A DNA stretch of 63,178 nt, filler included, from Octopus bimaculoides (Eukaryota), in the NCBI RefSeq assembly GCF_001194135.2. It is 5 parts of 4 records of this genome, joined end to end, with 100 filler letters (N's around TTAATTAATTAA, not from the genome) between each part and the next. Parts side by side here need not be neighbours in the genome. Positions count along the whole stretch, not along the records: positions 1 to 13,727 come from NC_069000.1; 4 more parts are not named here. One strand, given 5' to 3'. The notes below the pieces were generated by a model that had not been told where the DNA came from, did no database searches, and saw only the letters and a list, made by a program, of their open reading frames with translations. Shown piece after piece: positions 1-11,564 of the stretch (the first letter of the stretch is position 1; every line of letters starts with the position of its first letter). The position numbers and the translations under genes were made by a program.

Positions 1-180
1 TTAGATGAGAAGTTAGAGGTTAGCAGAAACAAAGATATTAACAGATCTTATAATATTCATATCTATAGAAACCACTTCCTGATGGGGCTCCGCTGTTGTT
101 TAAAGGTATTTTGCCTTTGAGCTGACAAGAGAAGGAGAGAGAGCGCGTATGTGTATGTGTGTGAGTGTGTGGCTGAAGTA

Positions 181-317
181 TCAATAGAAGGCAGCAGCAG
201 AGTTTGGTGGAAGTAGAGGGACATCAAATAGATCACAAACGCCTTCACTGTCATCCAGGTTGAACTGGTAGTCTCGGTCACTGGGTGGAGGACTCAGACG
301 CAATAGGGGTTCCAAGC
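181..317 (-). CDS. E2F4/5: E2F4/5-like transcription factor, last coding exon (pocket-protein-binding/transactivation region)
   Basis: Acceptor tttttcAG (318-319). Translates (G)[44 protein letters not shown] with TGA at 181-183, closely resembling the E2F4/5 C-terminus ([26 protein letters not shown]). Confidence 0.95.
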
Positions 318-764
318 CTGAAAAATAGCAAAAAAGAAAGATGTTATCATATCATAATTAACTCTTTTAGCATTCAGATTACTCTGTCAAATATAATGTA
401 TATTTATTTACACAGGTTTGAATTAACCAAGCCTTGCCTCATACTTTTGAGATTTCAAAGATGTCATCCATTATTTTTAGAACGACATTGTAGGATATGT
501 GTGAGAAACTAGATCTAGCTGGTATGAACATAAAACAGGTAAAATATTTTGGCCGGATATGACCAGTTTAAACACAAGCCATACACTATCTAAACACCCA
601 CCATCCACACACACACTTCATATAAGAAACACAATACAGTTACCACTACATAATGCACATCACAACAACTAGTCATCTACAACATACACCATCTACATCT
701 CCACATCAGATGAAAGGCAATACACCTGCCATCATACACAAAGACGCATACATATAATACAAAC

Positions 765-803
765 CTTCTGTTGATATGAGGTCATCAAATTCATCATCCA
801 CAT
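765..803 (-). CDS. E2F4/5: E2F4/5-like, 39-nt microexon
   Basis: ttccAG / GTttgt splice sites, phase 1-1, (D)VDDEFDDLISTE(G). Aligns with E2F4 'ELLEELMSSEV' and joins the last exon in frame. Confidence 0.88.
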
Positions 804-1499
804 CTGGAACCGAAAAGATGAACAGAAAACTTCAGAAATGCTAGGAGACAGTAAGGAAATAATAACAAATGTTCATAGTTTAAGGAGAGTTAATTATCTT
901 GCTTAACAACACATTATGATGCATGTTGAACCCCCACATAAAGGTATTTAAGCCATAACTATCTAATTCCTGTTTTTTTTTCATTCATACATAATAAATC
1001 TAGGAACAAGACCCTTCACTCTCAACAGCTCAGCTGCAGCTCTGGAAAGGTAGGTACTACATGTCTGGTACATTTTTATTTCTGTAAACAGCAGGAGCAC
1101 TGGAAAATGCCAACAGTTTTACAAAGCCCCTCATAATTATTAAGATGAAGTTTCAGACAGCAATGTTGCATAGTAGGCTCATCTAACTTGTGTTTAACAT
1201 AGTCAAGTACATAAAGAACAGCAGCAGGAGGAGGAGGAGATGGCAATGAGCTCAGTTCATTAATGGATCAGAAAAATGATAAAAATCATATATTAATCCT
1301 CCTCGCTATTAAAATATGTAACTCCTTACTCTACTTAAATCTACCTTTACATACTGATAGATGGAAGAATGAAAATACTATATTATCAATTACAATAAAC
1401 ATTTTCAAAGGCAAATAAGAAAAACACAAACTCACACACACACACACATATGCACACATACACATATCTATTGTTGGCTTTAATTTGTTTGAAACTCAC

Positions 1500-1541
1500 C
1501 AAATGTTGATTTAGAACCACCAAGGAAGATTGGAAGACTTT
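1500..1541 (-). CDS. E2F4/5: E2F4/5-like, 42-nt microexon
   Basis: ttttcAG / GTGAGT consensus sites, phase 1-1, open in the frame set by its neighbours: (E)SLPIFLGGSKSTF(D). No recognisable homology, so support comes from splice signals and frame only. Confidence 0.72.
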
Positions 1542-1646
1542 CTGAAAATATAAGAGAATTATATGTATGATAACAGCGATTAGGAGCTCATGACTAGGAG
1601 CAAGAAAAACATATATATATATACACACATACGTATATATATATAT

Positions 1647-2110
1647 CATCATCATCATCATCATCATCGTTTAACGTCCGCTTTCCATGCTAGCATGGGT
1701 TGGACGATTTGACTGAGGACTGGTGAACTGGATGGCTGCACCAGGCTCCAATCTGATCTGGCAGAGTTTCTACAGCTGGATGCCCTTCCTAACTCCAACC
1801 ACTCCGAGACTGTAGTGGGTGTGTTTTCGTGCCACCGGCACGAGGGCCAGTCACACGGTACTGGCAACGGCCATGCTCAAAATGGTGTTTTGTACGTGTC
1901 ACCTGCACAGGAGCCAGTCCAGCGGCACTGGCAACGACTTCGCTCGAATGATTTTCTAACGTGCCAGTAAGGCGACGCTGGTAACGATCACGCTCAAATG
2001 GTGCTATTTACGGACCACTAGCATGGAAGCCAGATAGCTGCTCTGGCAATGATCACGCTCAGACAGTGCTGTTAGTGCTCCACTGGCACAGGTGCTAGTC
2101 ATCGAATATG
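1647..2110 (+). mobile_element. Abundant SINE-like repeat, family B ((CAT)n-ended; strand as read from the CAT run). Other copies ~2150-2340(-), 5750-6232(-), 8995-9230(+), 30960-31260(+), 38030-38352(-), 44080-44570(+), 53565-53743(-), 57990-58205(-)
   Basis: Recurrent core catcatcgtttaacgtccgctttccatgctagcatgggttggacg...gatgcccttcctaacgccaaccactc seen at all listed loci. Confidence 0.85.
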
Positions 2111-2779
2111 GTTCAGTGAAGGTGCCTCGTATGAAACACCTGGCCCAGTGCTGGTTCTATGTAACAACACTGGTTCTGATGCCATATAAAAAGCACGCAG
2201 TACACTATGTAAAGTGGTTGGTGTTAGAAACCAAGCTAAATCAGACAAATGGAACCTGGTGAGGCTCTCTGGCTAGCCAGCTCCGGTCAAACCATCCAAC
2301 CCATGCTAGCATGGAAAACAGATGTTAAATGATGATGATACATGCATGAAGATGCATGCACATACATGAAGATATAAATATATATTTAGAACATTAATGT
2401 ACATGTGTCAAGAGCTGCTTTTTTTTAATTATAAATATCAACTTATACAACATTCATTAAAAACTCCTTGGTCAGAAAAACAAGAAAGCAATCTGCCTGC
2501 AGTACAAGAACCACACTTCTGTAATCCCTATCAATATGCTATTAATTACACTAAATCAACCTTCAGACTTTTAGCCAGTGCTCCAACATAACCATAGTCC
2601 AATGACTAAAAGATATAGAAAAATAAAGATATTAGGTTGAGGGAAAAAGTTCATGCACTGTGTAAATTACATCGACCCAAGTGCTCAATTGGTGATTATT
2701 TTATCAATCTTGAAAGGATGAATACATGCATGAATACATGTATACATACATATACACACATATATAGTAGAATTTGTGT

Positions 2780-3355
2780 TCTATATATATACCATGGGAT
2801 CATCCAACTCCGCCCAGGTCTATTCTATGGTATACACCCCGCTTCTCACTAAACATTAAGAACTTAACTAAATCCTTCTTTAATATACTGGACTCCAACT
2901 TCCCTTGTCAACATAAATATTACTCTATCTTTAATAGATATACCCTGAAGCTGTCCTATTACAACCCATCTAAATGCGAGTCTATCATAGCAGCCTCTAA
3001 TAAACAAAAGCTTTCCCTCTACTATCAAAACTCACACTATAACAGCTGTGAATACATGAGTGCCCAGCATATACACAGCTTCAGCATTGAACCCCATAAG
3101 TTAGACCACAACCATAACCCAACCTATCCTACTAACACTATCAAGAATACTACCACAACTTCCACCACCGTTACAGATAGAATAAATAATAACGATAGCA
3201 ATAATAACGATAACCTTTCTTCCCCCATCTCTAACCTCTCCTCTGACAATATTATCTCCTCCATTCCTGAAAATAATCCCAAAAATACACCCACTTGTAA
3301 CTGCTATCCTGGGTCCATTTGCCTTCTAGAAACCTGTTCTAGAAGATCTAGATGA
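2780..3355 (+). mobile_element. Penelope-like element fragment (RT thumb to linker; Naiad-like)
   Basis: RSILWYTPRFSLNIK...FFNILDSNFP..HKYYSIFNRYTLKLSY resembles the PLE pattern IIWFNPPFS..F..LID.HFP..H..HKIFNR...K.SY, followed by an N/T-rich linker and CNC. Confidence 0.75.
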
Positions 3356-3510
3356 AGGGATAAACAGCTGTAAGACTATATCTATATCCTTTTCCTTATA
3401 AATGTCCTGAAAACTACTCACAGCTTTGGGTTTGTTATCTCATTTTGTCTAATACATATATGTGTGTGTGTATACATATATATATGTATATGTGTGTGTG
3501 TGTATATATA

Positions 3511-3557
<47 letters not shown>

Positions 3558-3847
3558 AAATCTTATATAAAACACTTCTTAGAAAAATAGAGAATAGATG
3601 TTAAAAGTTCAAATCAGAATTTAAACTTTTATAATCTTCTCTTCTCCATATTTCTAACTGTTAGTAGTGTTTTGTATAAGATTTTATCTTATACATGCCT
3701 ATAACAAACTTTTTACTTGTTATTTTCATATTTTAAATGCTTGCTATAGCAAGCTATTATTTTGATATGAAGAATATTTATTAGAGATATATCTTTTTGG
3801 ACTCCCACCAAAAAGTTTGAATTGTTCTACATGAACTTATTTTTTCT

Positions 3848-3901
<54 letters not shown>

Positions 3902-4208
3902 TACACATACATATATGTATATATACATACATATATATATATATATTTTACATGTGTGTGAGTTTGTCTCCTACCACCACTTGACAGCTGGTATTGGTAT
4001 GTTTATGTCCCTGTCACTTAGTAGTTTGGCAAAAGAAACCGATAAAATAAATACTAGTCTTCAAAAATTAAGGCTTAGGGTTGATTTATTCAACTAAAAA
4101 CTCTTCAAGGCAGTGCCCCAGCATGGTCACAGTCCAATGACTGAAACAAGTAAAAGAAAATCTTATGATGCTAAAGAAAAAAACCATAAAAAAAAATGCC
4201 TCTCTTAC

Positions 4209-4320
4209 CTGAAACAAGGGGTGATATCTGTACTGGATTATGACTTTGAGCAGCTTTCCGAGGAGATGATCTTGTGGCCATTCGATTGGCAGGAGATAGA
4301 GGTGATTTCACAGGAGATTT
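4209..4320 (-). CDS. E2F4/5: E2F4/5-like, Ser/Pro-rich middle exon
   Basis: cttttAG / GTAAG sites, 112 nt, phase 0 to 1, KSPVKSPLSPANRMATRSSPRKAAQSHNPVQISPLVS. Phase is compatible with the downstream exons. Confidence 0.8.
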
Positions 4321-4729
4321 CTAAAAGATGAAACAAATAAATAAAAACCAAAGTGGACTGAGCTAGAAACACCAATGAAGAGGGAGGTGTCAAGATATAT
4401 ACAAAAAGGATTTGAATTAAAATCATTGAAATAAGGTTTTGTGGGGTGTACCAAAGCCTTGTGAGTGGATTTGGTAGATAGAAACTGCAAGAAGTCCATA
4501 GTATATATATGTATATATCTATGTGTATGTGTTTATGTGTCTGTGTTTGTTTCCCACCACTGCTTGACAACCGGTATTGGTGGGTTTACATCCCCATAAA
4601 TTAGCAGTTCAGCAAAAGGGACCAACAGAATAAGTACCAGGCTTTAAAAAATAAGTCATGGGGAGGATCTCTTTGGCTAAGACCTTTAAGGCGGTGGGTG
4701 CCCCAGCATGGCTGCAGTAAAAATGACTT

Positions 4730-5700
4730 GCTTCATTATCAGATTTTAATTCATCCAAAAGGATGAAAGGCAAAGTTGACCTTCGAGGAATTTGAACTCA
4801 GAATGTAAAGATGGAAGAAATGCTGCTAAGCATTTTTCCAGTGTGCAAACAATTCTACCAGGTGGTCTTATTATTATTATAATCATTATTGATAATAATG
4901 ATAATAATTCTTTCTACTAAAAGCACAAAGCCCGAAATTTTGGGGAAGGGATTAGTTGATTACACTGACATGTGTTTTTCACTGGTACTTAATTTATCAA
5001 CCCTGAATTGATGAAAGGCAAAGTTGACCTCAGTGGAATTTGAACTCAGAACGTAAAGAGAGACAAAATGCCACTTTGCCTGGCGTGTCAACAATTCTGC
5101 CAGCTCACAAACTTAATAATAATAATAATTTTCTTATGGCTTCTTAAACATTCTCTATAACAACACTATGTACAAATCCAAATATATGGTACCCTAGGCA
5201 TAACACCTACATGAACTTCCAACTTGTTGTCTCTTGAGGTCTCTGGGTGAGACTTGGATCCAACTTGTACAAATGCAAAACAAAAGTCAAACATAAAATA
5301 ATAATAATAATCCTTTCTACTAAAGGCACAAGGCCTGAAATTTTTTTGGGGAAAGGACTAGTCGTTGACATTAACCCCTGGGTTTCACTGGTACTGAATT
5401 TATTGACCCTGAAAGGATGAAAAGCAAAGTCGACCTTGGTGGAATTTTAGCTCAGAACATGAAGACGGATGAAATGCTGCTAAGCATTTCGCCCAGTGTG
5501 CTAACAATTCTGCCAGCTCACCGCCTTAATAATGATAATAGAAATAATAATAAAAATTCCTTTTAATATAGCTACAAGACTAGCAATTTTGAGGTGTGTC
5601 GGTCAACACCATCAACCCCAGTATTAGACCATTACTTCATTTCATTCACCCTGGAAAAGTTGACCTCAAAATGCAAAGAGCCAAAAGAAATATCACGTGA
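4730..5700 (-). mobile_element. Cluster of three near-complete and one partial copy of tRNA-head SINE family C with (ATT)n tails
   Basis: Repeated gaaaggatgaaaggcaaagttgacct...ggaatttgaactcagaa at ~4760, 5010 and 5410, each bounded by (AAT)n. Confidence 0.8.
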
Positions 5701-6277
5701 TAATTTTTCCAACTCTTTAATGATTATAATATCGAACTAAATTTGTAGACTGGCACCCATGCCAACGTCTCTTCATTGAACACTAAACTCGGCTTGCGAA
5801 GACCTGTTGGGGCAAGCGAAAGCGAAATCGTGATGGCACCTGTACCAGTAAATAACTAAGAGCACCGTCCGAGCGTGATCGTTGCCAGAGCACCAGCTGT
5901 CTGGCTTCCATGCTGGTGGCACGTAAATAGCACCATTTAAGTGTGACCGTTATAGACGTCGTCTTCTTGGCACTTGTGCCAGTGGCACGTGAAAAGACAT
6001 TCGAGCGAGTTCATTGCCAGTACCGCTGGACTGGTTCCTGTGCAGGTGGCACGTAAAAGCACCTACTACACTCTCAGAGTGGTTGGCGTTAGGAAGGGCA
6101 TCCACCTGTAGAAACTCTGCCAAATCAGATTGGATCCTGGTGTAGCCACCTGGTCCACCAGTCCTCAGTCAAATCGTCCAACCCATGCTAGCATGGAAAG
6201 CGGACGTTAAATGATGATGATGATGATGATGACTATGTTGACAGCAATCATGACAAAGACAGATCACCCACTTCACG

Positions 6278-6660
6278 GGTGCAGGCGTGGACGTGCGGTA
6301 AGAAGCTTCCTTCCCAACCACGTGTCCAGGTTCAGTCCCACTGAATGGTACCTTGTGCAAGTGTCTTCTACTACAGCCTCGGGCCAACCAAAGCCTTGTG
6401 GATGGATCTGGTAGAAGGAAACTGAAAGAAGCCCATTGTGTATGTACGTGTGTGCCTTTGTGTCTGTATTTGATCCCCCCCCCATCATCGCTTGACAACC
6501 AGAGTTGGTGTGTTTACACCCCTGTAACTTAACAGTTCAGCAAAGAATAAGTACCAGGCTTAAAAAAAAGAAGTACTAGAGTAGATTCATTTGACCGAAA
6601 TTCTTCAAGATGGTGCCCCAGCATGGCCACAGTCTAATGAGCAAGACAGGTAAAAGATAG
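6278..6660 (+). mobile_element. tRNA-derived SINE family A. Other copies 3960-4160(+), 4440-4730(+), 22421-22620(-), 26721-27093(+), 35191-35575(+), 48625-49045(-), 56702-57105(-), 60280-60480(-), 62811-62960(+), 62975-63135(-)
   Basis: A/B-box-like head (tggctgtgtggtaag...ggttcagtccca), central aaagccttgtgagtggatttggtagacggaaactgaaagaagccc, and 3' end ccagcatggccgcagtcaaatgactgaaacaagtaaaag. Confidence 0.88.
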
Positions 6661-6894
6661 AGTTAAAAGAAAAGCTAAATNNNNNNNNNNNNNNNNNNNN
6701 NNNNNNNNNNNNNNNNNNNNNNNNNNNNNNNNNNNNNNNNNNNNNNNNNNNNNNNNNNNNNNNNNNNNNNNNNNNNNNNNNNNNNNNNNNNNNNNNNNNN
6801 NNNNNNNNNNNNNNNNNNNNNNNNNNNNNNNNNNNNNNNNNNNNNNNNNNNNNNNNNNNNNNNNNNNNNNNNNNNNNNNNNNNNNNNNNNNNNN

Positions 6895-7005
6895 GTCTTG
6901 GAAAGGAGGCAACTGATCGACTTCAGGCGCTGAAGCTTCATTGTCTTTGTTCACCAACATTACATCAATAGGACCAGAGTTACTTTTCAAATAGATTTGG
7001 TAATT
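6895..7005 (-). CDS. E2F4/5: E2F4/5-like, marked-box exon (3' end lost in the N gap 6681-6894)
   Basis: Acceptor ttttAG at 7006-7007. NYQIYLKSNSGPIDVMLVNKDNEASAPEVDQLPPFQD matches E2F4 YQIHLKSVSGPIEVLLVNKE. Confidence 0.93.
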
Positions 7006-7454
7006 CTAAAATAAAAAAAAAATTTTTAAAAAGGAAAGAATTGAAACATTTTTTTTTTGTTTTTATTTTTCATTTATTTATTTTTGATATTGCTTTGTTG
7101 CATGAATGAACAGACAGAAGCAAGAAACTCAGAGTAGCAATGAAGTGAATGGTCAGCTTTGAACAAAGACATATATACATACATACATGCATGCAAGCAC
7201 ACAAGTATATATACATACACACAAACATATGAGCATGCATACATATATGCATACATACATACAGATATATACATTCATACAAACATACATAAATACAAAC
7301 ATTCAAACATGAATACGTACATACATACATACCATCACCAACACCACCACGACCACTCAACACCTGGTGTTGGTGTGTTTATATCCCCCATAACCAGGGG
7401 TGTAGCTAGGGTGGGGCAAGCAGGGCACACGCCCTGGGTGGGTAGGGCGCAATT

Positions 7455-8060
7455 TTGGAAAGTAAAAACAGTCTTTGATAAATTGCTACCTGACAAGAAA
7501 AGAAAAAGTGCCAGGGAAGACATAACAAGATACCTTAAAGTTGGTGAAAAGATGTATATGAGAGCATACAAGAATGGAAAGCAGAGTTGCGAAGATGGCA
7601 TAATTACCAAATGTATAGGTAAAATGATGTATTGAGTAAAGAGTAGAAAAGGCATACAAAAGGGACACAGGAACCAACTGGAAAAAAGATTCATGGAAAA
7701 TGAACCAAAGTTGGAGGAACCGAAGGAGTGGTTGTACAATACGTTCCAAGTACCAATGCCACTGCAGGTGATTGAACTCAGGTGTACAAGGTAGAGGAAA
7801 AGAAAACATACAGAGTTCCTGAAAATAGATGCCAAGTGCAAAAAATATTAAATTGTACGAAAAAATACTGAAAAAAAAAGGGAGGTAGAGTGAATAAAAG
7901 AATTTTTGCCTAATAAAATGACACTTCCTAAGAAAACTTAAGAGGGGAGATGTTGTAGGGAATTAGTAATAATGGTACACCCCTCCCACATGACAAATGG
8001 AATAATCTAGTCACTATAAGTAAAGAGAAGTAGGTGCTAGTATAGTATGAGGTCTACCAC
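7455..8060 (+). mobile_element. Gypsy LTR retrotransposon 3' remnant (integrase C-terminus, PPT, start of 3' LTR)
   Basis: KVKTVFDKLLP...LKVGEKMYMRAYKNGK..GII..IG..MY*V....H.NQL is integrase-tail-like. Polypurine AAGAGGGGAGA is followed by TGTTGTAG at 7951. Confidence 0.7.
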
Positions 8061-8339
8061 GTCAAACAGTATAGCCAGGGTTATCTACTTTAAACGTTCA
8101 GTTAATAAAGGAAACCAATTTTTCCATTATTTGGACATTAACAACAAATTAAACTGCAAGCTGAGCCTGAGTGAGATTTTAGAACTAATATTTTTCTTTG
8201 TCATGGATATGCCCATGACAACAGCAGTGACTCTAACAGGAAAAATCTACAAATACAATAACTGAGTGGTACAATATGTACCGCGAGGTGTGTGGAGCCA
8301 TAGTTTATCATAAATGATGAGGGAAGATGATTGGAAAAA

Positions 8340-8780
8340 GCAATAACCCCATTCAGATCAACAAAGCAAGATTTGCTGGTCGACGAAAATAAAATCAGGG
8401 AAGAATGCTGAATGGCGACAATGCTCCTCTCTTCGAAGACAGTGATGCAGAACAATGAAACAACAGGAACCATGGATGTAAAATTGATGGGTCGTGGGTT
8501 TTTGGTCTCAAACAAGGCTCAGACTGTCAATACTTTTGTGTGGAACAGTGTGACAGGAACAGTCTGATCCAAATTATTGAAAGAGAATGTGAAAAAGGTT
8601 CCCTAATTCATTCAGATGAGTGGTCTGCTTATAATAATTTAAATGCCATAGGTTATCACCATGTGACAGTGAACCATCAACGACATTATGTGGATCCAGT
8701 GACCAAAGCACACACTCAGGCCATTCAATGATCATGGTTAGATGCTAAAACTATGATTCTGAAAAAAATGATCTCTGAAA
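8340..8780 (+). mobile_element. Degenerate Merlin (IS1595/ISXO2-like) transposase
   Basis: LVDENK..., GSWVFG, IHSDEWSAYNNL..IGY.H.TVNH...YVDPVTKAHTQAI, with frameshift and stop; characteristic ISXO2-like DDE motifs. Confidence 0.85.
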
Positions 8781-9776
8781 TATCTGAAAGAGAAGGTAGG
8801 TAATCTTGTTTGACACCCTGGCAGACTGCATACTATACTAGCACTGTAAAGTACATAAAGTACCAGTGTACGTAGTAGGCAGTCAGAGATAGTCGTGCCT
8901 TTACTGGTTTACTAAGTATACTGTATACCGAAGTGAGCATTATAACAATCGAACATTTTAAGGAGTATAACACACACACACACACACATATATATATGTT
9001 CATCATTATCACCATCCTCATCATTTACCATCCATCTTTCATGCTGGTATGGGTCAGATAGTTTGACAGGATCCAAGGAACTAGAGAGCTACATTAAGCT
9101 CCAATATCGTCTGCTTTGGCATGGTTCCTACAACTAGATTCTCTTCATAATGCCAACCACTTTACAGAGTGTACTGGGTGCTTTATTCATGACACTGACA
9201 TTAGTGAAGTAGCCAAGTAACTTACAAGACAGAATAAGAGCCCTCTCAACTGCGACAGGTGGTAGTTAAGAGGGTGGTGGCTTTATGCTAGGTGATGAGA
9301 GGCTATAAAGTAAGATAGAGACAGACAGACACAAGTATCTTGCTATATATAGGAGTGGGTGAGAGCAGCTAAGAGGAAGACAAAGATATGGTGATGAGGT
9401 GTTAAAGAGTAGTTTTAAGGCATGACATGGTGAGTATAAGAGACAGTATTGGCAGGGGATTAGGAAGGGTGGGAGAGAAGCTCATAGGAGTATGAGAGGA
9501 GAATGACAGATGGTTAGAGATGGAGGGGGGTAGAGATGAATGTAGTGAATGATGAACAAGAGTTGATGTAAGGTCAATGGTAAATATCAGTATGAGGGTA
9601 GGAGAGGTGAAAGAAACCTAAAACACCAAGTAGCTGTATTAAAGTGTTTGACATATGAGGTCTATCACTCATAAATGCCCATAGGGAGTTAAACAGCAAC
9701 CAAGTTAGAAAAGGGAGAAAGATGGAAGTTTTAAAAAGTACAGATATGTACATTGAAAGCAAGAATTTTTACTTAC

Positions 9777-9885
9777 ACCTTTTTGATCTGGAATTCTCAA
9801 TTTCGTCCCTGAAGGTGCTTGTATGGATAACAACGTGCAATCAGGGAACACTTTACAAATATCTTCATAACTAACATATGCCAAC
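9777..9885 (-). CDS. E2F4/5: E2F4/5-like, dimerization/marked-box exon
   Basis: cccctAG / GTAAGT sites. [36 protein letters not shown] matches E2F4 [32 protein letters not shown]. Confidence 0.95.
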
Positions 9886-10454
9886 CTAGGGGGAAAAAAG
9901 CGTGAAGGAAAACAACCAAGGGAAATAACTCCTGCATGGACATTTTATACAGCACATTTTATAAGAGCTGACAGTGAGTAGTTTTTTTGTATTTTGTTTT
10001 TTTTTTGCACTTCTGTGTAGATAGTAGGGAATTTAATGATTATTAACTATAAATGCAGAGAAGAGCTACTTACTAAAACACCTAGTAATGTGTGGTAAAA
10101 ATACATTCATGTACAAGACCCCCCACAACTATAAATATCAACAAACCAAATCAAAAGTGTTGTTTATTCTGATTGCAGGGCTTAAAGGAGTCTTACACTG
10201 TTCTCTTCTGTCACCCACTTCCAAAGAAAACAAGAACCTATGTGGCTACTCCACATGCAAGAAATAGCAGACAAATCAACCTCAAATCCCATCCTACAAT
10301 CTTAAAGAACGAAAACATTAGAAAATCTGGCATTAGATACACTGTCTAAATAAAATTCAGAAAGGTCATGGTTGGTTAAATTTACTGGATCATAGTTGAC
10401 CTGTGGCTAAACAATCAAATGGTTGTGTTGTAGTATTAGATGACAGTGCTACTT

Positions 10455-10795
10455 TTATAAAAGGGTAAAGACCCCCTTCGGTCATGAATGACCATGGGAC
10501 TGCAGCTAGAAAGTTCCCCTCCAAGACACAAGTCCAGGTAAGTTGGTTGTGGAAGACCAGTAGTTATTCATGCATACCAGCCTCCTCTCTCCACACCGGC
10601 AATGTTATCCAAGGGAAAGGCAAAGGCCGATACACCTTGGCACCTGTGATGTCAATTCATTTCTACAGCTGAGTGAACTGGAACGTGAAATAAAATGTCT
10701 TGCTCAAGAACACAACACAGCCTGTTCAGGAATCGAACTCACTATCTTGTGATTATAAGCCCGACACTTTAACCACTTAGCCAAGCGCCTTTACT
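10455..10795 (-). mobile_element. tRNA-derived SINE family D. Related pieces ~12060-12345 and 37400-37680
   Basis: Shared gagtgaactggagcaacgtgaaataaagtgtcttgctcaag...gaatcgaactc core; tRNA-like head on the minus strand. Confidence 0.75.
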
Positions 10796-11483
10796 ACAGT
10801 ATAACATATCATTCATCATGATCATTTAATGGCTACTTTCCTATGCTTGCATGGGTCACATGGAATTTGTTGAAGCAGAATTTTTATGGTCAAATGCCCT
10901 TATTGCCAACCCTAATCTGTTTCCAAGCAAGGTAATATTTATTAGAGCTATTTGTTAGAAGACTAGAAACAAACAACCTCGCTTGTATAATAATGATGTC
11001 ATTTACAATCATTATGTGATGTCTAGTCAAGAGTATATGCAAACACACACACAAGTAAGCACATAAATGCGAAACAAGGTGAGACAAAACATAGCACTCA
11101 AATACCAAAGGTAGAGTAATATGCTTTTACTAAAGCCAAAAAAAACTTCACAAACTGTTAATGAGAGTTTCACAATACTGTTCATATTCATTGCACAACT
11201 GTCCGATGAACAGTAATGTGAAACTGTAAGTTTGTGATGATTTTTTCAGCTTTAATAAAGTATATATATATGTGACCTTGATGACTGCCATGAGGCAGGA
11301 AAGTATACTAGTCCTTATATATTTAATACTCTATATTTAATACTCAATATTTCATATATTCAATAAGACATTTAATACTTCATTTCATTTTACTATTTAT
11401 ATTATATATTCCATATTCTATATCCCACATTAATTTTATAAGAATATAAATAAAACATAAAAAACAGAGTTGGAACTCTTTTA

Positions 11484-11564
<81 letters not shown>

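Noticed and set aside
2561-2605. 45-nt candidate E2F exon (AG/GT flanked; SLDYGYVGALAKSLK in frame 0)
   Set aside because: Neighbouring exons require phase 1-1, and that frame contains a TAA. It could only be a poison exon, and there is no evidence for that.
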